Below, in pieces: positions 1 through 8,117 of a stretch of 52,922 nucleotides of DNA (position 1 is the stretch's first letter; every line of letters starts with the position of its first letter). The position numbers were made by a program, and so were the translations under genes. This stretch comes from Gemmatimonadota bacterium. Its GTDB lineage: Bacteria; Gemmatimonadota; Gemmatimonadetes; Gemmatimonadales; Gemmatimonadaceae. Location of the stretch: NCBI GenBank assembly GCA_031372565.1, contig JANMLN010000059.1:1-52922 (forward strand), given 5' to 3'. Below the pieces are notes generated by a model. That model made no database searches and had not been told where the DNA came from. It saw nothing but the letters and a program-made list of their open reading frames with translations.

Positions 1-1464
1 AATCGATCCATAGAAGAACGATCCGAACCGGTTCACCACTTCGATCAGTGAACCGAGTCGAGCGGCAAAGAGCGCCACGCCGCACGCGATGAGTCCCCAC
101 ACCCCGGTGGCCGCGCGCGACACGAACAGGAAGTGCGCATCGCTCGCTTCGGGCTTGTACCACCGACGATAGAAGTCGATCACGGTGGCCGTCGACAGCG
201 AGCTCAGCTCGCCCGCGACCGCGCTCATCGCCGCCGCGATCACGGCCGCGATGAACAACCCCGCGAGGCCGATCGGCAGTTCATTCACCACGAAGCGCGG
301 AATGATGTAGTTCACGTCGCGCGGATTCTCGCCGGTCACCTTCTTCGCTTCGGCCAGCGCCTCGGTTCGCAGCTGTTGCACCTCGGCATCGGCGCCACGA
401 AATGCAGCCTTCGCGGACGCATCCTGACCGCGTGGCGTCTCGCCCAGCTGACGCGCGCTCTCTCGACGCGTCGCAACGGCCCGCTCGAACCGTCCGGTCA
501 GTGACTCGAACACCGCCGGCTCAGCCGCCGCGACGGCACGCGCATGGGCCGGGTTCCAGAGCAATGGCTGCGGCGTGAACAGGTAGTACACGAACACCAG
601 CACGCCGACGAGCAGGATGAGCGCTTGCAGCGGAATCTTCCAGTACGCGCTGATCAGTTGCGAGCTGCGCGCCTCGTCCACGTTGCGCGCCGTCAGGTAG
701 CGCTGCACCTGCGACTGATCGGTGCCGAAGTACGACAGCATCAGGAAGGTGCCGCCGATGATCCCGGACCAGAAGGTGTACGTCTTGGACAGGTCGAACG
801 AGAAGTCGAACACCTGGAGCCGCCCGGCGGCGCCGGCAATGCGGAGCGCCGAGTCGGGGTCGACCGGGATGCGCACCAGCAGAGTGATCACCATGGCCAC
901 CAGTGCGGTGACGATCACCACCATCTGCTTCACGTCGGCCCACGTGACGGCCTGCACGCCGCCGATCATGGTGTAGATGACGGTCGGCACGCCGATGAGC
1001 GCCACGGAGTAGGTCATGTCCCAGCCGAAGACGGCCGAGAAGACAACGGCGGGGGCGGAGATGATCGTGCCGCACGACAGGCCGCGGCCACACAGGAAGA
1101 GGAACGCGGTGAAGGTGCGCGTGCGCGCGTCGAAGCGGCGTTCGAGAAACTCGTACGCCGTGAACACCTTGGCGCGGTGCAGATACGGCACGATCGTGAC
1201 GCCCAGCAGCACCATCGCGATCGGCAGCCCGAAGTAGAACTGCACGAACTTCATGCCGTCCACGGCGCCTTGGCCGGTGGTGCCGATCATGGTGATGGCA
1301 GAGAGCTGCGTGGCCATCACGCTCAGTCCAACTGCCCACCACGGCAGGTTCCGGTTCGCGAGAAAGTATCCCTCGATCTCGGTCGTCCCCTTGGCGCGGC
1401 GCACGCCGTCACCCACGACATACACGAGGTAGGTGACCACGACCGCCCAATTCAGCCAATGCAT
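1..1464 (-). CDS. sodium:solute symporter (SSS family), 3' end runs off the window
   Basis: Not in the ORF track; manual translation from ATG 1464 gives MHWLNWAVVVTYLVY...EGYFLANRNLPWWAVGLSVMATQLSAITMIGTTGQG, later GTDQSQVQRYLT and AAMSAVAGELSSLST, all typical SSS motifs. Confidence 0.92.
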   Translation of the reverse strand, partial: MHWLNWAVVVTYLVYVVGDGVRRAKGTTEIEGYFLANRNLPWWAVGLSVMATQLSAITMIGTTGQGAVDGMKFVQFYFGLPIAMVLLGVTIVPYLHRAKVFTAYEFLERRFDARTRTFTAFLFLCGRGLSCGTIISAPAVVFSAVFGWDMTYSVALIGVPTVIYTMIGGVQAVTWADVKQMVVIVTALVAMVITLLVRIPVDPDSALRIAGAAGRLQVFDFSFDLSKTYTFWSGIIGGTFLMLSYFGTDQSQVQRYLTARNVDEARSSQLISAYWKIPLQALILLVGVLVFVYYLFTPQPLLWNPAHARAVAAAEPAVFESLTGRFERAVATRRESARQLGETPRGQDASAKAAFRGADAEVQQLRTEALAEAKKVTGENPRDVNYIIPRFVVNELPIGLAGLFIAAVIAAAMSAVAGELSSLSTATVIDFYRRWYKPEASDAHFLFVSRAATGVWGLIACGVALFAARLGSLIEVVNRFGSFFYGSI

Positions 1465-1473
1465 GCGGCGCGA

Positions 1474-1602
1474 CTAGTTGTAGCGGCCTTGCAGCAGCCC
1501 GAGCGCGAGCCACGCGAGCAGCTCGACGGCCAGCACGCTCACCAGCATGCGCCGGAAGCGCGGGGTGAGAACGTCACGGAAGGGATGCGGAGGTTGCGTC
1601 AT
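1474..1602 (-). CDS. 42-aa single-TM protein upstream of the symporter
   Basis: MTQPPHPFRDVLTPRFRRMLVSVLAVELLAWLALGLLQGRYN; one hydrophobic helix; ends 9 nt before the symporter ATG. Confidence 0.65.
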   Translation of the reverse strand: MTQPPHPFRDVLTPRFRRMLVSVLAVELLAWLALGLLQGRYN

Positions 1603-1629
1603 CGGATGCGAAGGGAAGGCGCGGGAAAG

Positions 1630-1773
1630 CTAGCGCGCGGGCGCCGCGCGCCCCATGCGACACTTGTCCGAACAGTATTTGACCGTCTCCCAGTCGCGCG
1701 CCCACTTCTTGCGCCACGTGAACGGTCGGCCGCAGCGCAGGCACACCTTCGTGGGCTTGGGCGCGGCGCTCAG
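1630..1773 (-). CDS. DUF2256-family small Cys-rich protein
   Basis: [33 protein letters not shown] matches the DUF2256 pattern; start uncertain (CTG overlapping the porin stop). Confidence 0.8.
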   Translation of the reverse strand: MSAAPKPTKVCLRCGRPFTWRKKWARDWETVKYCSDKCRMGRAAPAR

Positions 1774-3101
1774 AACTCCACCCCCACGGTCAGGTTGAGC
1801 TGCTGTGTACGGGCGAACCCCGCGGTGCGATAGGTGGATTGGATCTGGCGGTACTCGAGCCCGATCACGGGCAAGCCTCCCGGACGCCAGATCACGTGCG
1901 ACTCGCAGGCGTCGTTGCGCGTGCGCGACGGGCGGTCGTCGATGTTCGGTTCCGAGCGGCCGCACCCGGCGCCGATCGTCCACGACGCATCGGGCTTCAC
2001 GTTGAACTGAAGCCAACCACCCGTGTCACGCAGCGGAATCGGTGCGCCACCGGCATCCACACCGAAGTTCTGTCCCGCGCCACCGCCGCCCAACCCGCGC
2101 AGCATCTGACCGGTGTACGCTTCGCCGCGTATGTCGAGCCAACCTGCGACCGGGAGTTGCCACGAGAGCGCGACCGCGCTCGAGGTCAGCGCGCTATCGC
2201 CGCTCGTGCCCATGCGGCCGTAGTGTCCGGCGAGTCCCACCTCGCCCCGCATCTCGTCCTCGCCCCAGCGGGCACGCAGTCGGGCCTGCAGGGTTGGCGT
2301 GCGCTGCCGTTCACCGATATCCGCCGCGTCCGCGTCGCCCGCGATCACGTCGCCGCCGCTCCATGGGGCCACCACTGCCCCCTGTAGCGCCCAATGGACC
2401 GGTCCCGATTCACCGAGGTTCACCGTGGCCCGCACCTGCGGCAGCCAGAACCAGAGGTTGCCGGCCACGGCAAAGCCCGGGCTGCCGAGTGATGCGATGC
2501 CGACGGGCTCGATCGGCGTGAGGAGTGGCACGTCCTGCCCGACCATGAGTTCGGCGTTCGCCCAGGCGAGCGTGGCGCGCATGAAGCGCAGGCGCGGCTC
2601 GGGGAAGAGCTTCCGCCCACCGGCACCGGTCTGCTGCCCACCAAAAAAGTCCACCTCGACGAAGCCGGAGGCGTCGGCGCCCCAGAGCTTGCTCCCCTGC
2701 GCCGTGACGGAGAGGATGGTCTGTCGAACGGTGGCCCCGGCCGACTTGTCCTGATAGCTCGACGCGGACGCGACCGCGACGGTCGGCACGTCCAGATTGT
2801 TGCTCCGCCCGTAATTGATGAAGCTGTTGAGCAAGACCCGCCCGCTGAACTCGAGCGCCGAGCGGGACCGCGTGCCGGCACCGGATGCCGCCTGCGCGGC
2901 GAGCTGCTCACGGAGCAGCGTGACCGAGCGTTCCAGCGACTCGAGCCGTGCGGCGAGGGAATCCACCGTGGGCTTGGCGGTCGTATCCTGCCCGTCGGCT
3001 CGCGCCAGCGGCGCCGCGATCATGAGGGCACCGGCGGCGATGATCGCACCTGCGCGCCGCCACCTTCCACCCCACTCGGCCGTCCGGCGCGAAGGTGTCA
3101 A
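1770..3101 (-). CDS. outer-membrane beta-barrel / porin with N-terminal coiled coil (DcaP-like)
   Basis: Signal peptide, coiled coil [31 protein letters not shown]...PRLRF motif, amphipathic strands, terminal VGVEF; start uncertain (TTG 3101 or ATG 3023). Confidence 0.75.
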   Translation of the reverse strand: MTPSRRTAEWGGRWRRAGAIIAAGALMIAAPLARADGQDTTAKPTVDSLAARLESLERSVTLLREQLAAQAASGAGTRSRSALEFSGRVLLNSFINYGRSNNLDVPTVAVASASSYQDKSAGATVRQTILSVTAQGSKLWGADASGFVEVDFFGGQQTGAGGRKLFPEPRLRFMRATLAWANAELMVGQDVPLLTPIEPVGIASLGSPGFAVAGNLWFWLPQVRATVNLGESGPVHWALQGAVVAPWSGGDVIAGDADAADIGERQRTPTLQARLRARWGEDEMRGEVGLAGHYGRMGTSGDSALTSSAVALSWQLPVAGWLDIRGEAYTGQMLRGLGGGGAGQNFGVDAGGAPIPLRDTGGWLQFNVKPDASWTIGAGCGRSEPNIDDRPSRTRNDACESHVIWRPGGLPVIGLEYRQIQSTYRTAGFARTQQLNLTVGVEF

Positions 3102-3162
3102 CCTTGACGGGTGCCTGAGCGAATCCCTACCGTGCAGGATGCTGAATACACAAAGAACCGGC

Positions 3163-3855
3163 ATGACGGCGACCTCATGGTCAACGGTGCGACGCTGGAG
3201 CGCCGCGCTGGTGCTGCTTGCAACTCCGCTTGCGCTCTCGGCGCAGGGGAGCGTGACCGGGCAGGTCACCATTCAGGAGAAGCCTGGCGAGACCACCACC
3301 GACCTCGGCACAGCCGTGGTGTGGGTAGAGCCTGCCGCTGGCGTGCGTTCCCGCCCGGTCGCGACGACGACATCGATCGCGATGGACGGACGAAAGTTCG
3401 TGCCAAGAGTGCGCGTCGTCACGCCGGGGAGCAAGATCGACTTTCCAAATCAGGATCCGTTCAACCACAACATCTTCTCGAACGCGGAGGGCGGCCAGTT
3501 CGACCTGGGGCTCTACGGCCGTGGCGAGACCAAGAGCGCGACGTTCGCGAAGCCGGGGGCCTACCCGTTCTACTGCAACATTCACTCCCGCATGACCGGG
3601 TGGATCGTGGTGGTGCCGACCCTGTTGGTCGCGCAGGCCGGCGCCGACGGGCGGTTCGAGCTCGACCGCGTGCCGGCCGGCCGTTATGTGCTGCACATCT
3701 GGCATGAGCGGGCGCCGGAACTCACCCGTGACCTCACGGTCGCGCCGAGTGGTGCGTCGGGGGTCGATGTGTCGCTCGATGCTCGCGGCTACAAGGTGGC
3801 GCAGCACAAGAACAAGTTCGGGCAGGACTACAAGACGAGTGATGTGCGCTACTGA
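3163..3855 (+). CDS. secreted cupredoxin-like protein (methylamine-utilization MauL-like) with carboxypeptidase-regulatory-like domain
   Basis: Signal peptide; FPNQDPFNHNIFS and FYCNIHSRM give the His/Cys/His/Met type-1 copper ligands; C-terminal VPAGRYVLHIWHE. Confidence 0.8.
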   Translation: MTATSWSTVRRWSAALVLLATPLALSAQGSVTGQVTIQEKPGETTTDLGTAVVWVEPAAGVRSRPVATTTSIAMDGRKFVPRVRVVTPGSKIDFPNQDPFNHNIFSNAEGGQFDLGLYGRGETKSATFAKPGAYPFYCNIHSRMTGWIVVVPTLLVAQAGADGRFELDRVPAGRYVLHIWHERAPELTRDLTVAPSGASGVDVSLDARGYKVAQHKNKFGQDYKTSDVRY

Positions 3856-3858
3856 GTT

Positions 3859-3888
3859 GTCGTCCTGAGCGAAGCGAAGGACCTGCTT
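3859..3888 (+). repeat. REP-like palindromic element
   Basis: GTCGTCCTGAGCGAAGCGAAGGACCTGCTT; exact reverse complement of 27949-27978. Confidence 0.85.
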
Positions 3889-3912
3889 TTTCCCCTCCCC
3901 CCCCGCTAATCC

Positions 3913-6018
3913 GTGACGCTCACCTGGAAGATCTTCGCCGGTAACGCGGCCGTCGTCACCGCCGTCCTCCTCGTGACGCTGGCGCTCACCGATCGCTCCG
4001 CCTCGCGCGCCTCCGAGGCTGCGGTCACGCGATCACTCGCCACCACGCGCGAACAGGTGAACGCCGTCCTCGCCTCGCGCGACTCGGCGCTCGCCCGGTC
4101 GGCCGAGGTCTTCGTGAAGAGCGCCCCATTCCGTGCGATCGTCGAGCAGAAGAATCGGCCCAGCGCCGGGGATCAGGCCAACGAGGCGGCCGAGGTGATT
4201 GGTGCGACGATGGTGCAGATCACCGATGCCGAAGGGATTCTGCTCGCGCGCAGCAACGATCCAACCGCGGCGGCCGACACGCTCGCGCAGTCGGCGCTGA
4301 TCGGCGGTGCGCTCGAGGGCAACCGGATGAGTGGCGTGGGGCAGGGGCGGAACGAGCTCTTCCAGGCGGTGGCTGTCCCCATCATGGGCGCGGGCGGCAG
4401 TGTGGCGGGGGTCCTCATGGCCACGCGCACGATTGACCCCGCGCTGGCCGCCGAGATCAAGCGCAGCTCGCAGGGCGACGTCGAGGTCGTCTTCTTTGCA
4501 CTCGATACCGCGAATGTCCCGCACGTGGTGACCAGCACGTTGCCGCAGAGCAAGGCCATGGATGCGGTGCTCGTGCGACGCGGTGAGCAGCTCAAGCTGG
4601 CGACCGGCATGGCGGGACAAGCCGCGGCCGACAGCTCGCACGCGACCATGCGCGAAGAGTTCGGTGTGGGCGACGTCGCGTATCTGGGCTCCGGTGGCAC
4701 GCTCAAGAGCGCCGGCGGCTCGATCCTGGGTGGCTACCTCGCGCTCCGGTCGCGCGCCGTGGAACTCGCAGGGTTCAGCGCGCTGCGCACCACGATTCTG
4801 GCCGGCGGCGCCATCGGGCTTTTGCTGGCCATGATCTTCTCGTTCGTCATTGCCAAGCAGACCACCAAGCCGGTGGGCGCGCTTGTGGCGGCAACCAAGG
4901 CGGCGACCGAGGGCAACTACAACGTGCAGATCCCGATCTCGGGCAAGGACGAGATCGGCGTGCTGGCCGGCGCGTTCCGTGGCCTGCTGGCCGATTTGCG
5001 CGACAAGCAGAGTCTGGTGGAGCTGCTGCAACAGGGCGGCATGGGGGCCACGCAACCGATGGTGATCACGCCGACCATGCGCATGCAGGCGGGCGGCGCG
5101 CCGATCATCGAACCCGGCCAGCTCTTCGTGCGCCGGTACATGGTCAAGGAGGTCCTCGGCGTCGGTGGCATGGGGATGGTGTTCAAGGCCATCGACCAGG
5201 AGTTGAACGAGCCGGTCGCCATCAAGACGCTCAAGTCCGACATGTTGAGCAAGGATCCGAGTGCGCTCGAGCGGTTCCGCAGCGAGATCAAGCTGGCGCG
5301 TCGCATCAGCCACCGGAACGTGGTGCGCACACACGATATCGGCGAGGAAAACGGCGTCTACTTCATCACCATGGAGTATGTCGAGGGCAAGACGCTCAAG
5401 GACCTGATCCGCTCGCGCGGCAAGCTCCCGGCGCAGGCGACCATCACCATCGCGCGCCAGATCTGTCGCGGTCTCGAGGTCGCGCACGAGCAGGGGATCA
5501 TCCACCGCGACATCAAGCCGCAGAACATTGCGGTTGATCCAAGCGGTGTGGTCAAGATCATGGATTTCGGCATCGCACGCCTCGCGCAGCGCACCGAGCC
5601 CGGCGCCACGCAGGCTGGCATGGTGGTCGGCACGCCGGAATACATGGCGCCGGAGCAGCTGCTGGGCGATGACGTCGACGCACGCGCCGACATCTTCGCT
5701 CTCGGCGTCGTGATGTACGAGTGCCTGGTGGGCGAGCCGCCGATCACGGCGGACAATGTGCTCACGCTGATCACGCGGAAGCTGGAGATGACGCCGACCG
5801 CGCCGCACCTGATGGTCAGTGATGTTCCGATGGCACTCGGCGCGCTCGTGATGCGCGCGATGTCGCGCGACGTGAACGAGCGGCCGCAGAGCGCGGCCGA
5901 GTTCGCGGAGCTGTTGACCGATGTTGGTGGGGACGTCGAGCACGGCCGCCGGCCGTCGGGGGCGATTCGGCTGGCGGGTGATGCGGTGACGCCGAAGATG
6001 GTGGGGACGGTGAAGTAG
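3913..6018 (+). CDS. membrane Ser/Thr protein kinase: TM - periplasmic Cache-like sensor - TM - HAMP - kinase
   Basis: Two TM helices; HAMP (TKPVGALVAATKAATEGNY...DEIGVLAGAF); kinase motifs LGVGGMG, VAIK, HRDIKPQN, DFG, GTPEYMAPE. Confidence 0.92.
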   Translation: MTLTWKIFAGNAAVVTAVLLVTLALTDRSASRASEAAVTRSLATTREQVNAVLASRDSALARSAEVFVKSAPFRAIVEQKNRPSAGDQANEAAEVIGATMVQITDAEGILLARSNDPTAAADTLAQSALIGGALEGNRMSGVGQGRNELFQAVAVPIMGAGGSVAGVLMATRTIDPALAAEIKRSSQGDVEVVFFALDTANVPHVVTSTLPQSKAMDAVLVRRGEQLKLATGMAGQAAADSSHATMREEFGVGDVAYLGSGGTLKSAGGSILGGYLALRSRAVELAGFSALRTTILAGGAIGLLLAMIFSFVIAKQTTKPVGALVAATKAATEGNYNVQIPISGKDEIGVLAGAFRGLLADLRDKQSLVELLQQGGMGATQPMVITPTMRMQAGGAPIIEPGQLFVRRYMVKEVLGVGGMGMVFKAIDQELNEPVAIKTLKSDMLSKDPSALERFRSEIKLARRISHRNVVRTHDIGEENGVYFITMEYVEGKTLKDLIRSRGKLPAQATITIARQICRGLEVAHEQGIIHRDIKPQNIAVDPSGVVKIMDFGIARLAQRTEPGATQAGMVVGTPEYMAPEQLLGDDVDARADIFALGVVMYECLVGEPPITADNVLTLITRKLEMTPTAPHLMVSDVPMALGALVMRAMSRDVNERPQSAAEFAELLTDVGGDVEHGRRPSGAIRLAGDAVTPKMVGTVK

Positions 6019-6042
6019 GGGGCCTTTACCCGAGCTCGGCGA

Positions 6043-6519
6043 TCAATCACGCTTCCGTAGCGCGCGAATCGCGTCGAGCTCGATCAGCTGCTCCAGGTCC
6101 TTCTTGCGTCGCACGGCACGCTTGGAGTCGATGAGTGCGTCAAGCGTGAGTGCGCGGAACTCGGTCTTGCCGATCGTGACCACCTCCGACTTTGCCATCG
6201 CATCGGTGTAGACGCCCACGCCCGGTACCCGATCGAGCAGGTCGAGTGCGCCCTTGTCGGTCGTGAGCGTCATGACCGGCGTCATGCGGAAGGCACGCTC
6301 ATCCATGAAGAATGGGAGTCCTGGCTCGACGCCGCGCATGTACGCATGCCATTCGATCAGCAGGGCGACCAGCAGCCGGATGTTGTCCTGCGCCGTGTCG
6401 TAGCAGAGATCGAGGTCGTTGGTGAACCGGGCCGATCCGTGGATCGTGGCCGCCACGCCACCGATCACGACGAAGCGGATACCGCGAGCCGTGAGCGCAG
6501 CGAGGATCTCTTCGAACAT
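6043..6519 (-). CDS. nucleotidyltransferase (DUF6036-like, Pol-beta superfamily), putative toxin
   Basis: FVVIGGVAATIHGSARFTNDLDL motif and C-terminal LIDSKRAVRRKKD. Confidence 0.8.
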   Translation of the reverse strand: MFEEILAALTARGIRFVVIGGVAATIHGSARFTNDLDLCYDTAQDNIRLLVALLIEWHAYMRGVEPGLPFFMDERAFRMTPVMTLTTDKGALDLLDRVPGVGVYTDAMAKSEVVTIGKTEFRALTLDALIDSKRAVRRKKDLEQLIELDAIRALRKRD

Positions 6520-6522
6520 GGC

Positions 6523-7032
6523 CTAACCAGATCGTGGGGTCACGCGCCGCACATCGCGCGCGAACGCCGCCATCCCGTCGAGTTGACGGAGTCGCTCTGC
6601 CGGCGTCAGTCTCAAGTTTGCACGAAGCAGCGAGATGTCGAGACCCCATTCTCTTGCACGGGCGATCAAATCCTTGCGCCGCTTTGACGGACGGCCACGA
6701 TGACGAGCTTTGATCGTCGTCTTCAGGAGCGCCTGCCGCATGGCGAATGCAGCGTGCAGGCGTGCGACGTCCACGCGCAGTTCGATGGCGCCGGCAGCGT
6801 CCGGCGCGAGTCGCACCGTGGGCGTCGTCTCGTCAGCCGCGAGCGACCGCGCGGCGAGCGCGTGCGCGAACTGGAGCGGGATGGCCAGCTCCTGGTGCAG
6901 CGCCCGCGTGATGGCTAACCGGCGGGCAAACGGGATGGAGTACCGCGGCGACCCGCCCAGGATGCCGATCGCGTTGAGCACCCACTTGGGTGGTGCGTCG
7001 ACGAGGACGGCGAGTTGGGCGAGCGTGAGCAT
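6523..7032 (-). CDS. putative DNA-binding partner/antitoxin of the nucleotidyltransferase
   Basis: N-terminal HTH-like MLTLAQLAVLVDAPPKWV; C-terminal GLDISLLRANLRLTPAERLRQL; ends 3 nt before the NTase start. Confidence 0.6.
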   Translation of the reverse strand: MLTLAQLAVLVDAPPKWVLNAIGILGGSPRYSIPFARRLAITRALHQELAIPLQFAHALAARSLAADETTPTVRLAPDAAGAIELRVDVARLHAAFAMRQALLKTTIKARHRGRPSKRRKDLIARAREWGLDISLLRANLRLTPAERLRQLDGMAAFARDVRRVTPRSG

Positions 7033-7054
7033 CTAATTGTATCTAACAAGTAGA
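7032..7054. promoter_or_regulatory. imperfect inverted repeat, candidate operator of the HTH-NTase pair
   Basis: TCTAATTGT-ATCTA-ACAAGTAGA (9-bp arms, 1 mismatch), AT-rich, abutting the start codon; includes TACAAT on the minus strand. Confidence 0.45.
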
Positions 7055-7143
7055 CAGAATTTGTGCCACGTCATCTGACAGTGCCGAGGGCAATGCTCAA
7101 CGGGGTACGGGCGGCAGGAGAGATGCTTCGCGATCGCCGCGCA

Positions 7144-7530
7144 CTACTCGCGGGCAGCGGCGTGCTGCTCGAACCACACCGCGATGTCCGTCTCCGTTCG
7201 CGTGCCGATCGCCACATCCACCATGAGCAGGAGCTTCTCGTGGTCGGGCGCCTGCACGTGCCAGCCGTTCACGAACAAGAAGGTGATGCCCGCCATGTAC
7301 GCGGTCCGTTTGTTCGCGTCCTGGTATGCGTGGTTCCGGGCGAGTCCGAAGACGTAGGCCGCGGCGCTCTCGAACAGCGACGCTTGCTCGCAGGCATGTC
7401 GGTTCCGCGGCCGCGCGATGGCCGACTCGATGCTCCCTTCGTTCACAACCCCGACATTTCCGCCATGGACTTGTAGCTGCGCATTGTGGATCAAGTCCAC
7501 GATCTGTCGGGTGAGCCAGCGGGGCTCCAT
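7144..7530 (-). CDS. doc: death-on-curing (Doc/Fic) family toxin
   Basis: HAYQDANKRTA Doc-type Fic motif; IESAIARPRN. Confidence 0.9.
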   Translation of the reverse strand: MEPRWLTRQIVDLIHNAQLQVHGGNVGVVNEGSIESAIARPRNRHACEQASLFESAAAYVFGLARNHAYQDANKRTAYMAGITFLFVNGWHVQAPDHEKLLLMVDVAIGTRTETDIAVWFEQHAAARE

Positions 7531-7533
7531 GCG

Positions 7534-7764
7534 TTACAGCTTGGCGAGCGCGGCCATCGCGGCCCGATTCTCCTTGGCCAGCAGGACGTACGCCGCGAGG
7601 GCTTCCGTCGTCGCCGGGTCCACGGCCGTCAACAGGATGCCCTGCGGCGTCTCGACGACGAAGATCTCATCGTCCGCCCGGAAGTGCTGACGGTCCAGCA
7701 TGTCCTTGGGCAGGATCGCGCCGACCGAGCCGCCGATCTTCTTGAGCGTGATGGTCTGCACCAT
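7534..7764 (-). CDS. AbrB/MazE-family antitoxin
   Basis: TLKKIGGSVGAILPKDMLD swapped-hairpin motif; GGAG RBS before ATG 7764; directly upstream of doc. Confidence 0.88.
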   Translation of the reverse strand: MVQTITLKKIGGSVGAILPKDMLDRQHFRADDEIFVVETPQGILLTAVDPATTEALAAYVLLAKENRAAMAALAKL

Positions 7765-7831
7765 GGGGGACTCCACAGGCGAAGGGGAGGTCGGTCGTAC
7801 CTAGCACGGGCTGATGACGGTGTCTTGTGAG

Positions 7832-7859
7832 AGTATAACATATGTTATACACACCGCAA
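7832..7859 (-). promoter_or_regulatory. sigma70-type promoter with overlapping perfect 18-bp palindromic operator
   Basis: Minus strand TTGCGG-16 nt-TATACT with extended TG; GTATAACATATGTTATAC (7833-7850) is a perfect palindrome. Confidence 0.7.
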
Positions 7860-7863
7860 CCCT

Positions 7864-8082
7864 CTATCGAAGGCATACCTGAGACGCACCCCCGCCACCT
7901 AAGAGATCACCCTCCCGGACTTGGATGGCGTTCCGGGATTGTCCGGGATCGTGCCGCTCGACCCCGCCTTCCCGATCTACTGGCTCGTCCACGCTGCGAG
8001 TGGCGATCGGCCGCGACGTCCGTCGTTCGCCGCGGACGGACTCACGATTCGCTCCGCGAGGTCGTCGGGCGTCTGGCCGTAG
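7864..8082 (+). pseudogene. possible 3' gene remnant with in-frame stop
   Basis: Reads LSKAYLRRTPAT*EITLPDLDGVPGLSGIVPLDPAFPIYWLVHAASG...GLTIRSARSSGVWP*; coding-like composition, no convincing start, TAA at 7900. Confidence 0.35.
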
Positions 8083-8117
8083 TTCCATCCGGGGGCCGGG
8101 GTTTGATGCGCGGACCC

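Noticed and set aside
544..1833. Long antisense or alternate-frame ORFs (e.g. 544-1833, 4033-5943, 21374-24043, 27823-30543, 47132-49411)
   Set aside because: Shadow ORFs typical of high-GC DNA; Arg/His-rich with no motifs, and they overlap well-supported genes
7055..7070. TGGCAC as a sigma54 -24 box (also near 24992-24997 on the minus strand)
   Set aside because: No TTGC -12 element at the required spacing
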